A DNA stretch of 14,532 nt. Origin: Campylobacterota bacterium. GTDB lineage: Bacteria > Campylobacterota > Campylobacteria > Campylobacterales > Sulfurovaceae. How positions within the stretch are numbered: the first letter of the stretch is position 1; the number at the start of each line of letters is the position of its first letter. Positions 7,241 to 14,532 of the stretch are shown piece after piece. The stretch spans positions 1-14,532 of the forward strand of contig JAYEOM010000061.1 of assembly GCA_034722955.1 (NCBI GenBank), written 5' to 3'. The position numbers and the translations under genes were made by a program. The notes under the pieces are model-generated. The model searched no databases, was not told the origin of the DNA, and worked only from the letters and a program-made list of their open reading frames with translations.

Positions 7241-7698
7241 AGTTAGTCAAAGCCAAACTATCAGATATACCGCAAATGCAACTGCTAGTTGCATCAGAGG
7301 TCAAGGATGGAGTTATACTTCATCGCAGTGAAGATGAGGTATCCACCAATATTAGATCTTATGTTTTGGCAAAAAAAGGCGGAGAGTTGCTGGGGTATGC
7401 TGCACTGCATATCCACTCACCTCGCCTTGCTGAGATCAGAAGTTTGATCGTCTCAGAAGCACATAGAGGAGAGACAGTAGGTCAAAAGCTTGTTGCATTT
7501 ACACTCAAAGAGGCTCAAGCACTTGGTGTATCAGAAGAGGTTCTTGTATTGACTTATCTTCCTGAATTTTTTCAAAAGATGAACTTTACAGAGATAAGCA
7601 AAGAGAGTATTCCTGAACACAAAATTTGGGCTGACTGCATCAAGTGTATTCATTTTCCTATTTGTAATGAAGTCTCATTAGTCTATAAGCTTCGATAG
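7234..7698 (+). CDS. GNAT N-acetyltransferase, likely short-form N-acetylglutamate synthase (ArgA-type)
   Basis: LAEIRSLIV, acetyl-CoA loop HRGETVGQKLV, VLTYLPEFF and C-terminal KIWADCIKCIHFPICNEV; GTG start with GGAG at 7223-7226. Confidence 0.75.
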   Translation: MVELVKAKLSDIPQMQLLVASEVKDGVILHRSEDEVSTNIRSYVLAKKGGELLGYAALHIHSPRLAEIRSLIVSEAHRGETVGQKLVAFTLKEAQALGVSEEVLVLTYLPEFFQKMNFTEISKESIPEHKIWADCIKCIHFPICNEVSLVYKLR

Positions 7699-7700
7699 AG

Positions 7701-8165
7701 ATGTTAATATTCGAAAATAGTGCCAATCCCATATGGTCTATACTCCTTTGGACTATAGTCATCTCTTTTATAGTTTTTTATCCTATGCTGATATCTATCT
7801 ATGTCTTTTTACCACTTATGATTGGGTTTATGGGATATGTATTGATATTGGGACTGGAGAGAGTTAAAAAGTCTTATATTTTTATAGGTATAATCTACCT
7901 GATGAACCTAGAGGTCAACCTCTCTCTACCACTTTTTCTCACAATTGTGACGGTTATACTCTACTATCTAACTATATATCCGCATCTCTATATACTTAAA
8001 AAATGTCAACTCTGTATTGCACTACTTTCAGTTGTTTTTATTGATCTATTCTATTTTATTCTCCTGTTGGGATATGATTTTATCTTTGATGAGTCGAGTA
8101 TTGTTATTGATCAGCTTCTTATCTACTCTTTTGTTTTTGATATGCTTATGGTGTTTTTATTATGA
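7701..8165 (+). CDS. Integral membrane protein (about 5 TM), possible MreD-like
   Basis: 154 aa, almost wholly hydrophobic; ATGA overlap with mrdA. Function inferred from position only. Confidence 0.75.
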   Translation: MLIFENSANPIWSILLWTIVISFIVFYPMLISIYVFLPLMIGFMGYVLILGLERVKKSYIFIGIIYLMNLEVNLSLPLFLTIVTVILYYLTIYPHLYILKKCQLCIALLSVVFIDLFYFILLLGYDFIFDESSIVIDQLLIYSFVFDMLMVFLL

Positions 8166-10015
8166 AATACAAGATTATATTTCTGCTCCTCTTTATCATA
8201 TGGGGGATTATGATTGTCAGGTTATATCAGATTAGTATTAAATCAACCTATTACTACCAAGAGTTAGCCAAAGAGAATATCGAACGAAAGCATTATCTCA
8301 AGCCTCTTAGGGGTGAAATTATAGATATCAGCGGCAAACTATTGGCTATGAACCGTATCGGATTTTCTATCTCTATCACCCCGCACCTGAAAAAGGGCGG
8401 AGAACGACTCAATCAAGTTGTAGATAATCTCATAGATACTTTTCCCGATCTCAACAAAACCATCATGCTCAAAGTTTATAAAAAGGCTAGTTCTGCCTAT
8501 AATCACAAATATATCAAAGTGATAGATTTTGTACGCTATAGAGATATGATGCATGCCTACCCTGTACTCAGTCTTGATGAAGATATCAAGATCGAAGCAG
8601 AGACCAAGCGATACTACCCTTATGGCAAATATGCAGCACACATAGTAGGCTATACCGGTCGCTCAAATGAAAAAGAGAATGACAAAGACTTTGTTGTTGA
8701 TCAAGTGGGAGTAGTAGGGAAAGCTGGTCTGGAGTACTACTATAATAAAACTCTACAAGGAGAGTTAGGTCACACTATCACCAAGGTCACTGCTACCAAT
8801 CAAGAGGTTGATGTATTAAAATATGAAAAACCTATCGAAAACCAAAATCTAGTACTAAATCTTGATATGGATATGCAGATGATGATCTATAAGCGCATGA
8901 AGAAGATGGCTGGAGTAGTGATAGTCATGCGAACAAATGGAGAGATCATCGCTGCTGTTAGTGCACCTACATATGATCCCAATATGTTCGTTGGCGGCAT
9001 CAGCAAAAAGAATTGGAATATACTCCAGGAGGATCCAGAACATCCATTTACCAACAGACTTGTACATGGGACTTATCCCCCTGGATCAACTATCAAGATG
9101 GGGGTTGCCATAGCTGACTCCCTCTCTCCCAAAGGCAATATAGATGCCAATGAGCGCTGCAGTGGATGGATCACCATCGGCAAAAGCCGCCATAAATTTA
9201 GATGCTGGAAAAAACATGGTCATGGCAAAGTAAATCTTCGTAAAGCTATACGAGAGAGTTGTGATGTCTTCTTTTATAACAAGAGTTTAGAGATCGGTAT
9301 TGATTTTATGTCAAAAACACTCAAATCGCTTGGGTTAGGCATCAAGACGGGCGTTGATCTGCCTCGTGAATATAATGGTATCATTCCAGACAAAGCGTGG
9401 AAGATGAAACGATTTAAACAACCTTGGTATATGGGTGAAACAGTGATAGCATCTATAGGTCAAGGGTATGATAGTGTCACTCCTATGCAGTTGGCACGAT
9501 ATACCAATCTCTTGGCAACTGGCAACTTAGTCACACCTCGCTTTGCCAAAGTAATCAATGGTACCCCTGTCACCCCTGAGATAAAACATGTAGCATTAAA
9601 TCCCGATTTGATGAAGAGGATACATGCCGGCATGTATGATGTCTGCAATACACCGCATGGTACAGCATATAAACACTTGAGAGATCTGCCTATCACTGTA
9701 GCCGGAAAGACAGGAACATCACAGGTTGTAGCTATAGCACAAAATGTAGTCGATCGTCAAAAAGAGCACAGTATGGAGTATTGGCAGCGATCTCATGCTC
9801 TCTTGACAACTTATGCACCCTTTAAGGATCCGAAATATATTGTGACTACGCTAGTAGAGCATGGAGGACATGGAGGTGGAACCAATGGACCGGTAGTTGC
9901 TGATATCTACAGGTGGATGTATGCCAAAGGGTATTTTGCCAAAGATACCAACACTACTGCTGCTAAACTGTTAAATATGGATAGAAATGAGAGTGAAACA
10001 CTTCCTCCGATTTAG
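8162..10015 (+). CDS. mrdA: Penicillin-binding protein 2 (class B transpeptidase)
   Basis: N-terminal TM; RGEIID, RYYPYG, GKAGLEYYYN; active-site motifs STIK (SxxK), SCD, KTGT; EHGGHGG. Confidence 0.96.
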   Translation: MKYKIIFLLLFIIWGIMIVRLYQISIKSTYYYQELAKENIERKHYLKPLRGEIIDISGKLLAMNRIGFSISITPHLKKGGERLNQVVDNLIDTFPDLNKTIMLKVYKKASSAYNHKYIKVIDFVRYRDMMHAYPVLSLDEDIKIEAETKRYYPYGKYAAHIVGYTGRSNEKENDKDFVVDQVGVVGKAGLEYYYNKTLQGELGHTITKVTATNQEVDVLKYEKPIENQNLVLNLDMDMQMMIYKRMKKMAGVVIVMRTNGEIIAAVSAPTYDPNMFVGGISKKNWNILQEDPEHPFTNRLVHGTYPPGSTIKMGVAIADSLSPKGNIDANERCSGWITIGKSRHKFRCWKKHGHGKVNLRKAIRESCDVFFYNKSLEIGIDFMSKTLKSLGLGIKTGVDLPREYNGIIPDKAWKMKRFKQPWYMGETVIASIGQGYDSVTPMQLARYTNLLATGNLVTPRFAKVINGTPVTPEIKHVALNPDLMKRIHAGMYDVCNTPHGTAYKHLRDLPITVAGKTGTSQVVAIAQNVVDRQKEHSMEYWQRSHALLTTYAPFKDPKYIVTTLVEHGGHGGGTNGPVVADIYRWMYAKGYFAKDTNTTAAKLLNMDRNESETLPPI

Positions 10016-10971
10016 ATCTTCATCACAGAGATGGTATGCTCTAGAAATAGTCCCAATACAATAAATAGACTGATACCTGCTGGCTTGGTGTAGAGCTTGT
10101 TGGCAGTGATAAAGACCAGCATAAGTGTAGCAAATAGCATTGTAGTGATATCAAATAGATAGTCTGAAACTTCGAACTGCATAGGCTGGGTGAGTGCAGC
10201 TGCTGATAGTACAATCGTAGTATTTGCCATATTGGACCCTATGATATTTCCGATAGCCATATCAACTTTGCCCTTGAGTGAGGCTGAGATACTTACTACC
10301 AACTCAGGCAGAGAAGTTCCTAAACTGATCATAATGATACCGATCACCCACTCTGATATACCAAAATCTTTTGCGATGGCTGAAGCACTCTCGATAGTAA
10401 AGTTAGCACCTACTATGATCATAGCGAGTCCAGCTATGATGAGTGGGATAGATCGACCCCAAGAGAATACTCTGCTACTCTCCTCTGCAAGCTCATCCTC
10501 TATATCATCAATCTGATCAGATATGATACCTCTAGCTTCTCGTAGAAGGAACATGATATATGCACCCATCAAAAGCAGAAGCAGTATAGCATCAAAACGC
10601 GATATAATCCCATCAAATATCATCAATATAAAGACCAATACAGGTACCATTGCCCAAGTACTATCTTTGGCGAAAAAGTCTCTATCCGGACTAATGCTTT
10701 TGGATATGATAAAAATCGTACCTAGTACCATAGTGATATTGAGGATATTACTACCTATGACATTGGCGATAGCTATCTGTGGCTTACTGTCGGCACTCGC
10801 AGCTATACTTGCAGCCATCTCAGGCAGACTAGTACCCAATGCTATCAGTGTTGCACCTATGACAAATTCTGAGATCTTAAATCTCAAAGCGATTCGTTCG
10901 CTCTCTCTCACAAGTAGATCGGCTCCCCAGATCAGTGATGCCATTGCTATGACAAAAATAACAAAATTCAT
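10012..10971 (-). CDS. Calcium/sodium antiporter (CaCA superfamily, YrbG-like)
   Basis: Two alpha repeats GTSLPE with NVIGSNILN / NIIGSNMAN; acidic central loop; AGGAG RBS. Confidence 0.93.
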   Translation of the reverse strand: MNFVIFVIAMASLIWGADLLVRESERIALRFKISEFVIGATLIALGTSLPEMAASIAASADSKPQIAIANVIGSNILNITMVLGTIFIISKSISPDRDFFAKDSTWAMVPVLVFILMIFDGIISRFDAILLLLLMGAYIMFLLREARGIISDQIDDIEDELAEESSRVFSWGRSIPLIIAGLAMIIVGANFTIESASAIAKDFGISEWVIGIIMISLGTSLPELVVSISASLKGKVDMAIGNIIGSNMANTTIVLSAAALTQPMQFEVSDYLFDITTMLFATLMLVFITANKLYTKPAGISLFIVLGLFLEHTISVMKI

Positions 10972-10981
10972 GGTGTTGCTC

Positions 10982-11410
10982 CTATTGGTTTTCTGTACGG
11001 ATGATCAAACTTTTGGGTAGATCAAATGCTCTGATCACCCTCTCCTCCTCTATACGCATCTCTCCATTGTCTACTTCATGATCAAATCCAAGCAGATGCA
11101 AAAGAGCATGAATAAAGAGGAGTAGACTCTCCTCCTTGGCAGTATGCCCTAGCTCTTGGGCTCTCTGGATTATAATATCTGATGACATGACTATCGAACC
11201 TAACGGAAATTCATCAAAATCCCCCTCAAGAGGAAAACTCAATACATCAGTAGGACGATCGATACCTCTATACTCTGCATTGATCTGCTGTATAGTATCA
11301 TTGTCACAGACGATAAGTTCGATCTCTCTTTGGGTTAGAGAAGTTGCGATAGCTTCAAGTGTTACGATAGGGAGTGAAAAGTTAGTTTGATTCTCTACTA
11401 CTATTGACAT
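10982..11410 (-). CDS. ybeY: rRNA maturation endoribonuclease YbeY
   Basis: YRGIDRPTDVLSFP and metal motif HALLHLLGFDH (HxxxHxxGxDH). Confidence 0.96.
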   Translation of the reverse strand: MSIVVENQTNFSLPIVTLEAIATSLTQREIELIVCDNDTIQQINAEYRGIDRPTDVLSFPLEGDFDEFPLGSIVMSSDIIIQRAQELGHTAKEESLLLFIHALLHLLGFDHEVDNGEMRIEEERVIRAFDLPKSLIIRTENQ

Positions 11411-11416
11411 AGAGGA

Positions 11417-11422
11417 ATTATA
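11417..11422 (-). promoter_or_regulatory. -10 box placed for a leaderless ybeY transcript
   Basis: Minus strand reads TATAAT-TCCTCT-ATG; no Shine-Dalgarno. Confidence 0.7.
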
Positions 11423-11430
11423 TCTAATAT

Positions 11431-11439
11431 TGGTAAAAT
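11431..11439 (+). promoter_or_regulatory. Extended -10 (TGGTAAAAT) for queC
   Basis: TGn-TAAAAT 35 nt upstream of the queC ATG; AAGGA RBS at about 11460-11464. Confidence 0.6.
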
Positions 11440-11474
11440 TAGAGTAGCAACAATCAATAAAGGATCAAAACAGT

Positions 11475-12146
11475 ATGTCTAAAATAGCTATTTGTATTAT
11501 TTCAGGGGGAATGGATAGTGCGCTGAGTGCAGCCATCGCCAAGGATGAGGGGTATGAGATCATCGGAGTCCACTTCAACTATGGACAGAGGACTCAAGAG
11601 AGAGAGCTTCACTGTTTTCGCAAAATATCAAAAGATTTAGGAGCGATCAAAGATTATGAGGTAGATTTGGATTTTTTCTCGCAGATCGGTGCCTCTGCAT
11701 TGACGGACAGCTCGATACCGGTACCTACAGGAGGTATAGAGAGTGGTGTACCTGTGACTTATGTGCCCTTTAGAAACGGTATCTTTCTCTCTATAGCTTC
11801 TGCCATCGCAGAAAAACACCAAGCCAAAGCACTATATATAGGTGTAGTAGAGGAGGATAGCAGCGGATATCCTGACTGTAGGGAGAGCTACATCCAAGCT
11901 ATGGAAAAAGCGATAGATTTGGGAACACGGGATGAGACCAAACTAAAGATCAAGATGCCACTTGTAGCGATGAAGAAGAGTCAGATTGTAGCCAAAGCGA
12001 TCACTCTCTCTGTGCCGCTAGAGGATACTTGGAGCTGCTACCAATCAGAGGATAAGGCGTGTGGTATATGTGACAGCTGCCGACTTAGATTGAGAGGGTT
12101 TGAACAGGCCAGAGTCAAGGATCCGATCGAGTATGATCAAAATTAA
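11475..12146 (+). CDS. queC: 7-cyano-7-deazaguanine (preQ0) synthase
   Basis: SGGMDS PP-loop, YGQR, TYVPFRNGIFLS, YPDCR, zinc motif TWSCY...CGICDSCRLR. Confidence 0.97.
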   Translation: MSKIAICIISGGMDSALSAAIAKDEGYEIIGVHFNYGQRTQERELHCFRKISKDLGAIKDYEVDLDFFSQIGASALTDSSIPVPTGGIESGVPVTYVPFRNGIFLSIASAIAEKHQAKALYIGVVEEDSSGYPDCRESYIQAMEKAIDLGTRDETKLKIKMPLVAMKKSQIVAKAITLSVPLEDTWSCYQSEDKACGICDSCRLRLRGFEQARVKDPIEYDQN

Positions 12147-13030
12147 GGCAGGTAAAACAACAAAAAATCTGCTTCGCCTACATCGACTCTATCCATACCG
12201 GTGGCTATAGGTGCGATAGTGACAAATGGTTCACGACTCAACCGTGCAAAGCGTGCATTAATCCCCAAGCCATGGGAAAAATGCATAGAGCCGGCAAAAA
12301 CCATCAGTAGATCACTGCGACGGTGCAGCAATCTATCTGCCAATAGTGCTGACTCCTTGGCCATATAGCTATCCCAAGCAACCTGCACCCTATACATCCT
12401 CTCTGTACAAGTAGCTCTACTCTCCCCCTCTCTTAGTGAGTGGCAGTGAGAGAAGAAGGGGCTGAGCATCTCTCTATGTGCTGCCATATTCAAGTCGAGT
12501 GAGTGATAGAACTTTTTCTCCTCCTTGGTCATACTTGTATGGTTGCCATCAGAGATATGTTTTCTTGATTTGCGAGATAGATTGATACCATATAGTCCTC
12601 CATCTGCTCTCTCTATGGCATTGTAGATCGGGGCATAAGAGTCAAAACCGTACCCTGCCTTTCTCTTCCACTCGATTCTCTGAAGAAAATCACCACCAAA
12701 TGATCTATCTGCATAGTATTTCAGCAGTGCATTGTCCTCAGGCAAAAACCACTCATTTGCCAGTGAGATATGACGACCTGTTTCGTTGATCTTGGTGATG
12801 ATACTTGCTATGTTTTTATGATGATCCGACTTAGCATGATGGTCACCGATAAAAACTACACGATATGGAGCGAGACGCTTTACCAGCTCTCTCTCATCGA
12901 TACAACGAGCCTGCTTCATATCATAAATAGTACAGACTGAAGGCAGCTTGTGCTGTAGCGGCAGGTTTCTATTTGTGCATCCACTCAATAGCAAAATGAT
13001 AATAGCGAGGAGGTAAGTATTGTTTTTCAT
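12143..13030 (-). CDS. ChaN-family lipoprotein (EreA/ChaN/TIKI-like fold)
   Basis: Start placed at ATG 13030, giving lipoprotein signal MKNNTYLLAIIILLLSG-C; motifs VVFIGDHH, LANEWF, YAPI, QVAWDSYMA, FAGSMH resemble ChaN-like proteins. Confidence 0.78.
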   Translation of the reverse strand: MKNNTYLLAIIILLLSGCTNRNLPLQHKLPSVCTIYDMKQARCIDERELVKRLAPYRVVFIGDHHAKSDHHKNIASIITKINETGRHISLANEWFLPEDNALLKYYADRSFGGDFLQRIEWKRKAGYGFDSYAPIYNAIERADGGLYGINLSRKSRKHISDGNHTSMTKEEKKFYHSLDLNMAAHREMLSPFFSHCHSLREGESRATCTERMYRVQVAWDSYMAKESALLADRLLHRRSDLLMVFAGSMHFSHGLGINARFARLSREPFVTIAPIATGMDRVDVGEADFLLFYLP

Positions 13031-13037
13031 TTTATAT

Positions 13038-14348
13038 CTATTTTGGAAGACTAACTCCAAATACTTCAAACTGAAGATAGAAGATTACAATAGAGATTAT
13101 GTATCCCACCATGATGGAACAAGCGTATCTCATGTGTGCTCCTACAGTATATATACCTCGAAGTCTACCCATAACACCGACACCGGCAGCCGATCCGAAA
13201 CTGATAAGTGACCCTCCGATACCCGCAGTCAAGGTGATGAGCATCCATTGGTTGGTATCCATAACTGGATCTGCTTTGAGTACGGCAAACATCAGAGGTA
13301 TATTATCAACGACCGCAGATAAGATACCGATCAGAATATTGACCCAAAAAGGGTCTAGTTCATTATAAATATTGGCAGCCATACCGATATAGCCGATATA
13401 TGAGAGTCCTGCTACAGCTGACAAGAGTCCAAAAAAGAAGAGTAGCGTATCATTTTCTACCTCTGCCATACGGCGAAAGATCCATATGCGTTCTTTGTAC
13501 TTCTTCTTCAGGTAAGTGGAGTAAAAACCAAGCACTCCAAGCCCCAACATCATACCCCAAAAAGCAGGTAAGTGCAATATCTGATGAATAGAGACAGCCA
13601 TAACAATAGTGAGAATACCCAGAAAGATGATCACTACACCTCCTCTTTTGATCTTGGCATCTTCGGGTCTCCTGCAAGCACTGCTATTATCTTTGTCAGT
13701 TGGTGAACCCTCTGGTAGAAATCTGGAGAGTAGATATGCCGTAGCCATCCAGCCGATAAAACTAGCAGGAAAGAGAAATAAGAATTGGGAAAATGTACCT
13801 TTCCCTGCTGTCCAGACCATCAGTGTTGTGATATCTCCAAAAGGTGACCATGCTCCACCGGCATTGGCAGCGACGACGACATTGATAGCTCCTAAGATCA
13901 AAAATTGTTTGTTGTGGTGCTCAAGTGTCAGCAAAACTGTAGATAGGACTAGTGCAGTAGTCAAGTTATCTGCAACCGGACTTAAGAAAAATGCGATAAA
14001 TCCAGTCACCCAAAAGAGTTTTTTAAAGTTGTATCCTTTTTGCAGCAATCTATATTTTAAGGCTTCAAAAACATTCCTTTCGATTAGAGACTCTACATAT
14101 GTCATCGCAACAAACAAAAAGAAGTAGATAGATGCTATCTCAACGATCAAATGATGCATATTTTCTTGCAATGGTGCGATATCCATCCCATAAAATACAT
14201 AATGAGAAGCGATCATAACATAGATCAAGATACCGGCTAAAAGTGCAGGTTTTGATTTGTTGATGGAGATCTTCTCCTCAAAAGATATCATCAGATAAGC
14301 GATAATAAAAAGTACTATAGAAGCAAATCCAACAAATGAATAGATCAT
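13038..14348 (-). CDS. nhaD: Na+/H+ antiporter, NhaD family
   Basis: NKSKPALLAG, SPVADNLTT, AANAGGAWSPFGDITTLMVW, SAVVDNIP, GGSLISFGSAAGVGVMG; ATG 14348 preferred to TTG 14354 because AGGGGG (14355-14360) is 6 nt upstream. Confidence 0.93.
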   Translation of the reverse strand: MIYSFVGFASIVLFIIAYLMISFEEKISINKSKPALLAGILIYVMIASHYVFYGMDIAPLQENMHHLIVEIASIYFFLFVAMTYVESLIERNVFEALKYRLLQKGYNFKKLFWVTGFIAFFLSPVADNLTTALVLSTVLLTLEHHNKQFLILGAINVVVAANAGGAWSPFGDITTLMVWTAGKGTFSQFLFLFPASFIGWMATAYLLSRFLPEGSPTDKDNSSACRRPEDAKIKRGGVVIIFLGILTIVMAVSIHQILHLPAFWGMMLGLGVLGFYSTYLKKKYKERIWIFRRMAEVENDTLLFFFGLLSAVAGLSYIGYIGMAANIYNELDPFWVNILIGILSAVVDNIPLMFAVLKADPVMDTNQWMLITLTAGIGGSLISFGSAAGVGVMGRLRGIYTVGAHMRYACSIMVGYIISIVIFYLQFEVFGVSLPK

Positions 14349-14374
14349 AGACAACCCCCTTTTAAAAATGCGGA

Positions 14375-14380
14375 ATCATA
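14375..14380 (-). promoter_or_regulatory. Putative -10 (TATGAT) for nhaD
   Basis: Plus-strand ATCATA at 14375-14380, 26 nt upstream of the ATG. Confidence 0.4.
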
Positions 14381-14390
14381 CACTTGATAT

Positions 14391-14399
14391 TGCTATAAT
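14391..14399 (+). promoter_or_regulatory. Extended -10 promoter facing the right edge
   Basis: TGCTATAAT, exact TGnTATAAT match. Confidence 0.65.
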
Positions 14400-14425
14400 A
14401 AGCTTAAACTGAGAAATACTCATCT

Positions 14426-14529
14426 AATATCTATAGCTTTTGTCTAGGAGTCTGGCAGGCTCCTAGGGAATGAAGCATAAAATCTACACAATTGCTCTAG
14501 AACTACACATGTAGTCAAGCTATAGTATT
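14426..14529 (+). other. Structured non-coding segment (multi-stem); candidate small RNA, 5' leader or MITE
   Basis: Closing pair CTATAGCTT (14431-14439) / AAGCTATAG (14517-14525), extendable by AATA/TATT; inner hairpins CTAGGAGTCT-GGC-AGGCTCCTAG (14444-14466) and ACTAC-ACAT-GTAGT (14502-14515). Confidence 0.45.
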
Positions 14530-14532
14530 GTC

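Noticed and set aside
10190..11390. Plus-strand ORFs 10190-10516, 10523-11020 and 11136-11390
   Set aside because: Antisense shadows of the antiporter and ybeY.
11440..11474. preQ1 riboswitch upstream of queC
   Set aside because: Predicted leader is only about 30 nt and lacks the preQ1-I stem-loop and A-rich tail.
11475..12146. queC as part of a defence system (QatC-like or 7-deazaguanine DNA modification)
   Set aside because: Canonical length and motifs in a housekeeping context, with no dpd or qat genes in the window.
13031..13069. Longer N-terminus for the ChaN-like ORF overlapping nhaD
   Set aside because: ATG 13030 gives a normal lipoprotein signal and removes the overlap.
13099..14127. 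Plus-strand ORFs opposite nhaD (89, 63 and 172 aa)
   Set aside because: Antisense shadows of a conserved membrane-protein gene.
14400..14532. tRNA, or a Na+/Li+ riboswitch for nhaD
   Set aside because: No T-loop/D-loop consensus or CCA; G-U pairs and the promoter favour the strand opposite nhaD, whose likely -10 lies between this structure and the gene. An Rfam scan would settle it.
1..14532. CRISPR array, rRNA, intact transposase or integrase
   Set aside because: No regularly spaced repeats or matching motifs were seen.

Overview
Mostly core chromosome of a Campylobacterota (Epsilonproteobacteria; Sulfurovum-like by inference from gene order, TGnTATAAT promoters and protein style). Left end: the 5' part of a type I restriction-modification methyltransferase gene (hsdM, minus strand, runs off the window and is missing from the ORF track), a 133-bp element bounded by 21-bp inverted repeats that holds a promoter fused to a helix-turn-helix gene stub, an FqrB/TrxB-like flavoprotein, two tandem palindromes, and ppa. 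Middle: the envelope/housekeeping run mltD-rlpA-hisB-kdsC-lptC-lptA-engB-GNAT(ArgA-like)-membrane protein-mrdA. Right: Ca/Na antiporter, ybeY (apparently leaderless), queC, a ChaN-family lipoprotein, nhaD, and a structured ~100-nt non-coding segment behind a consensus promoter at the window edge. I see no complete novel multi-gene system. The best leads are the inverted-repeat element between hsdM and the flavoprotein gene, the GATC-free first 2 kb, leaderless ybeY, the structured right-end segment and a candidate cryptic MreD. All calls come from reading the sequence; no searches were run.
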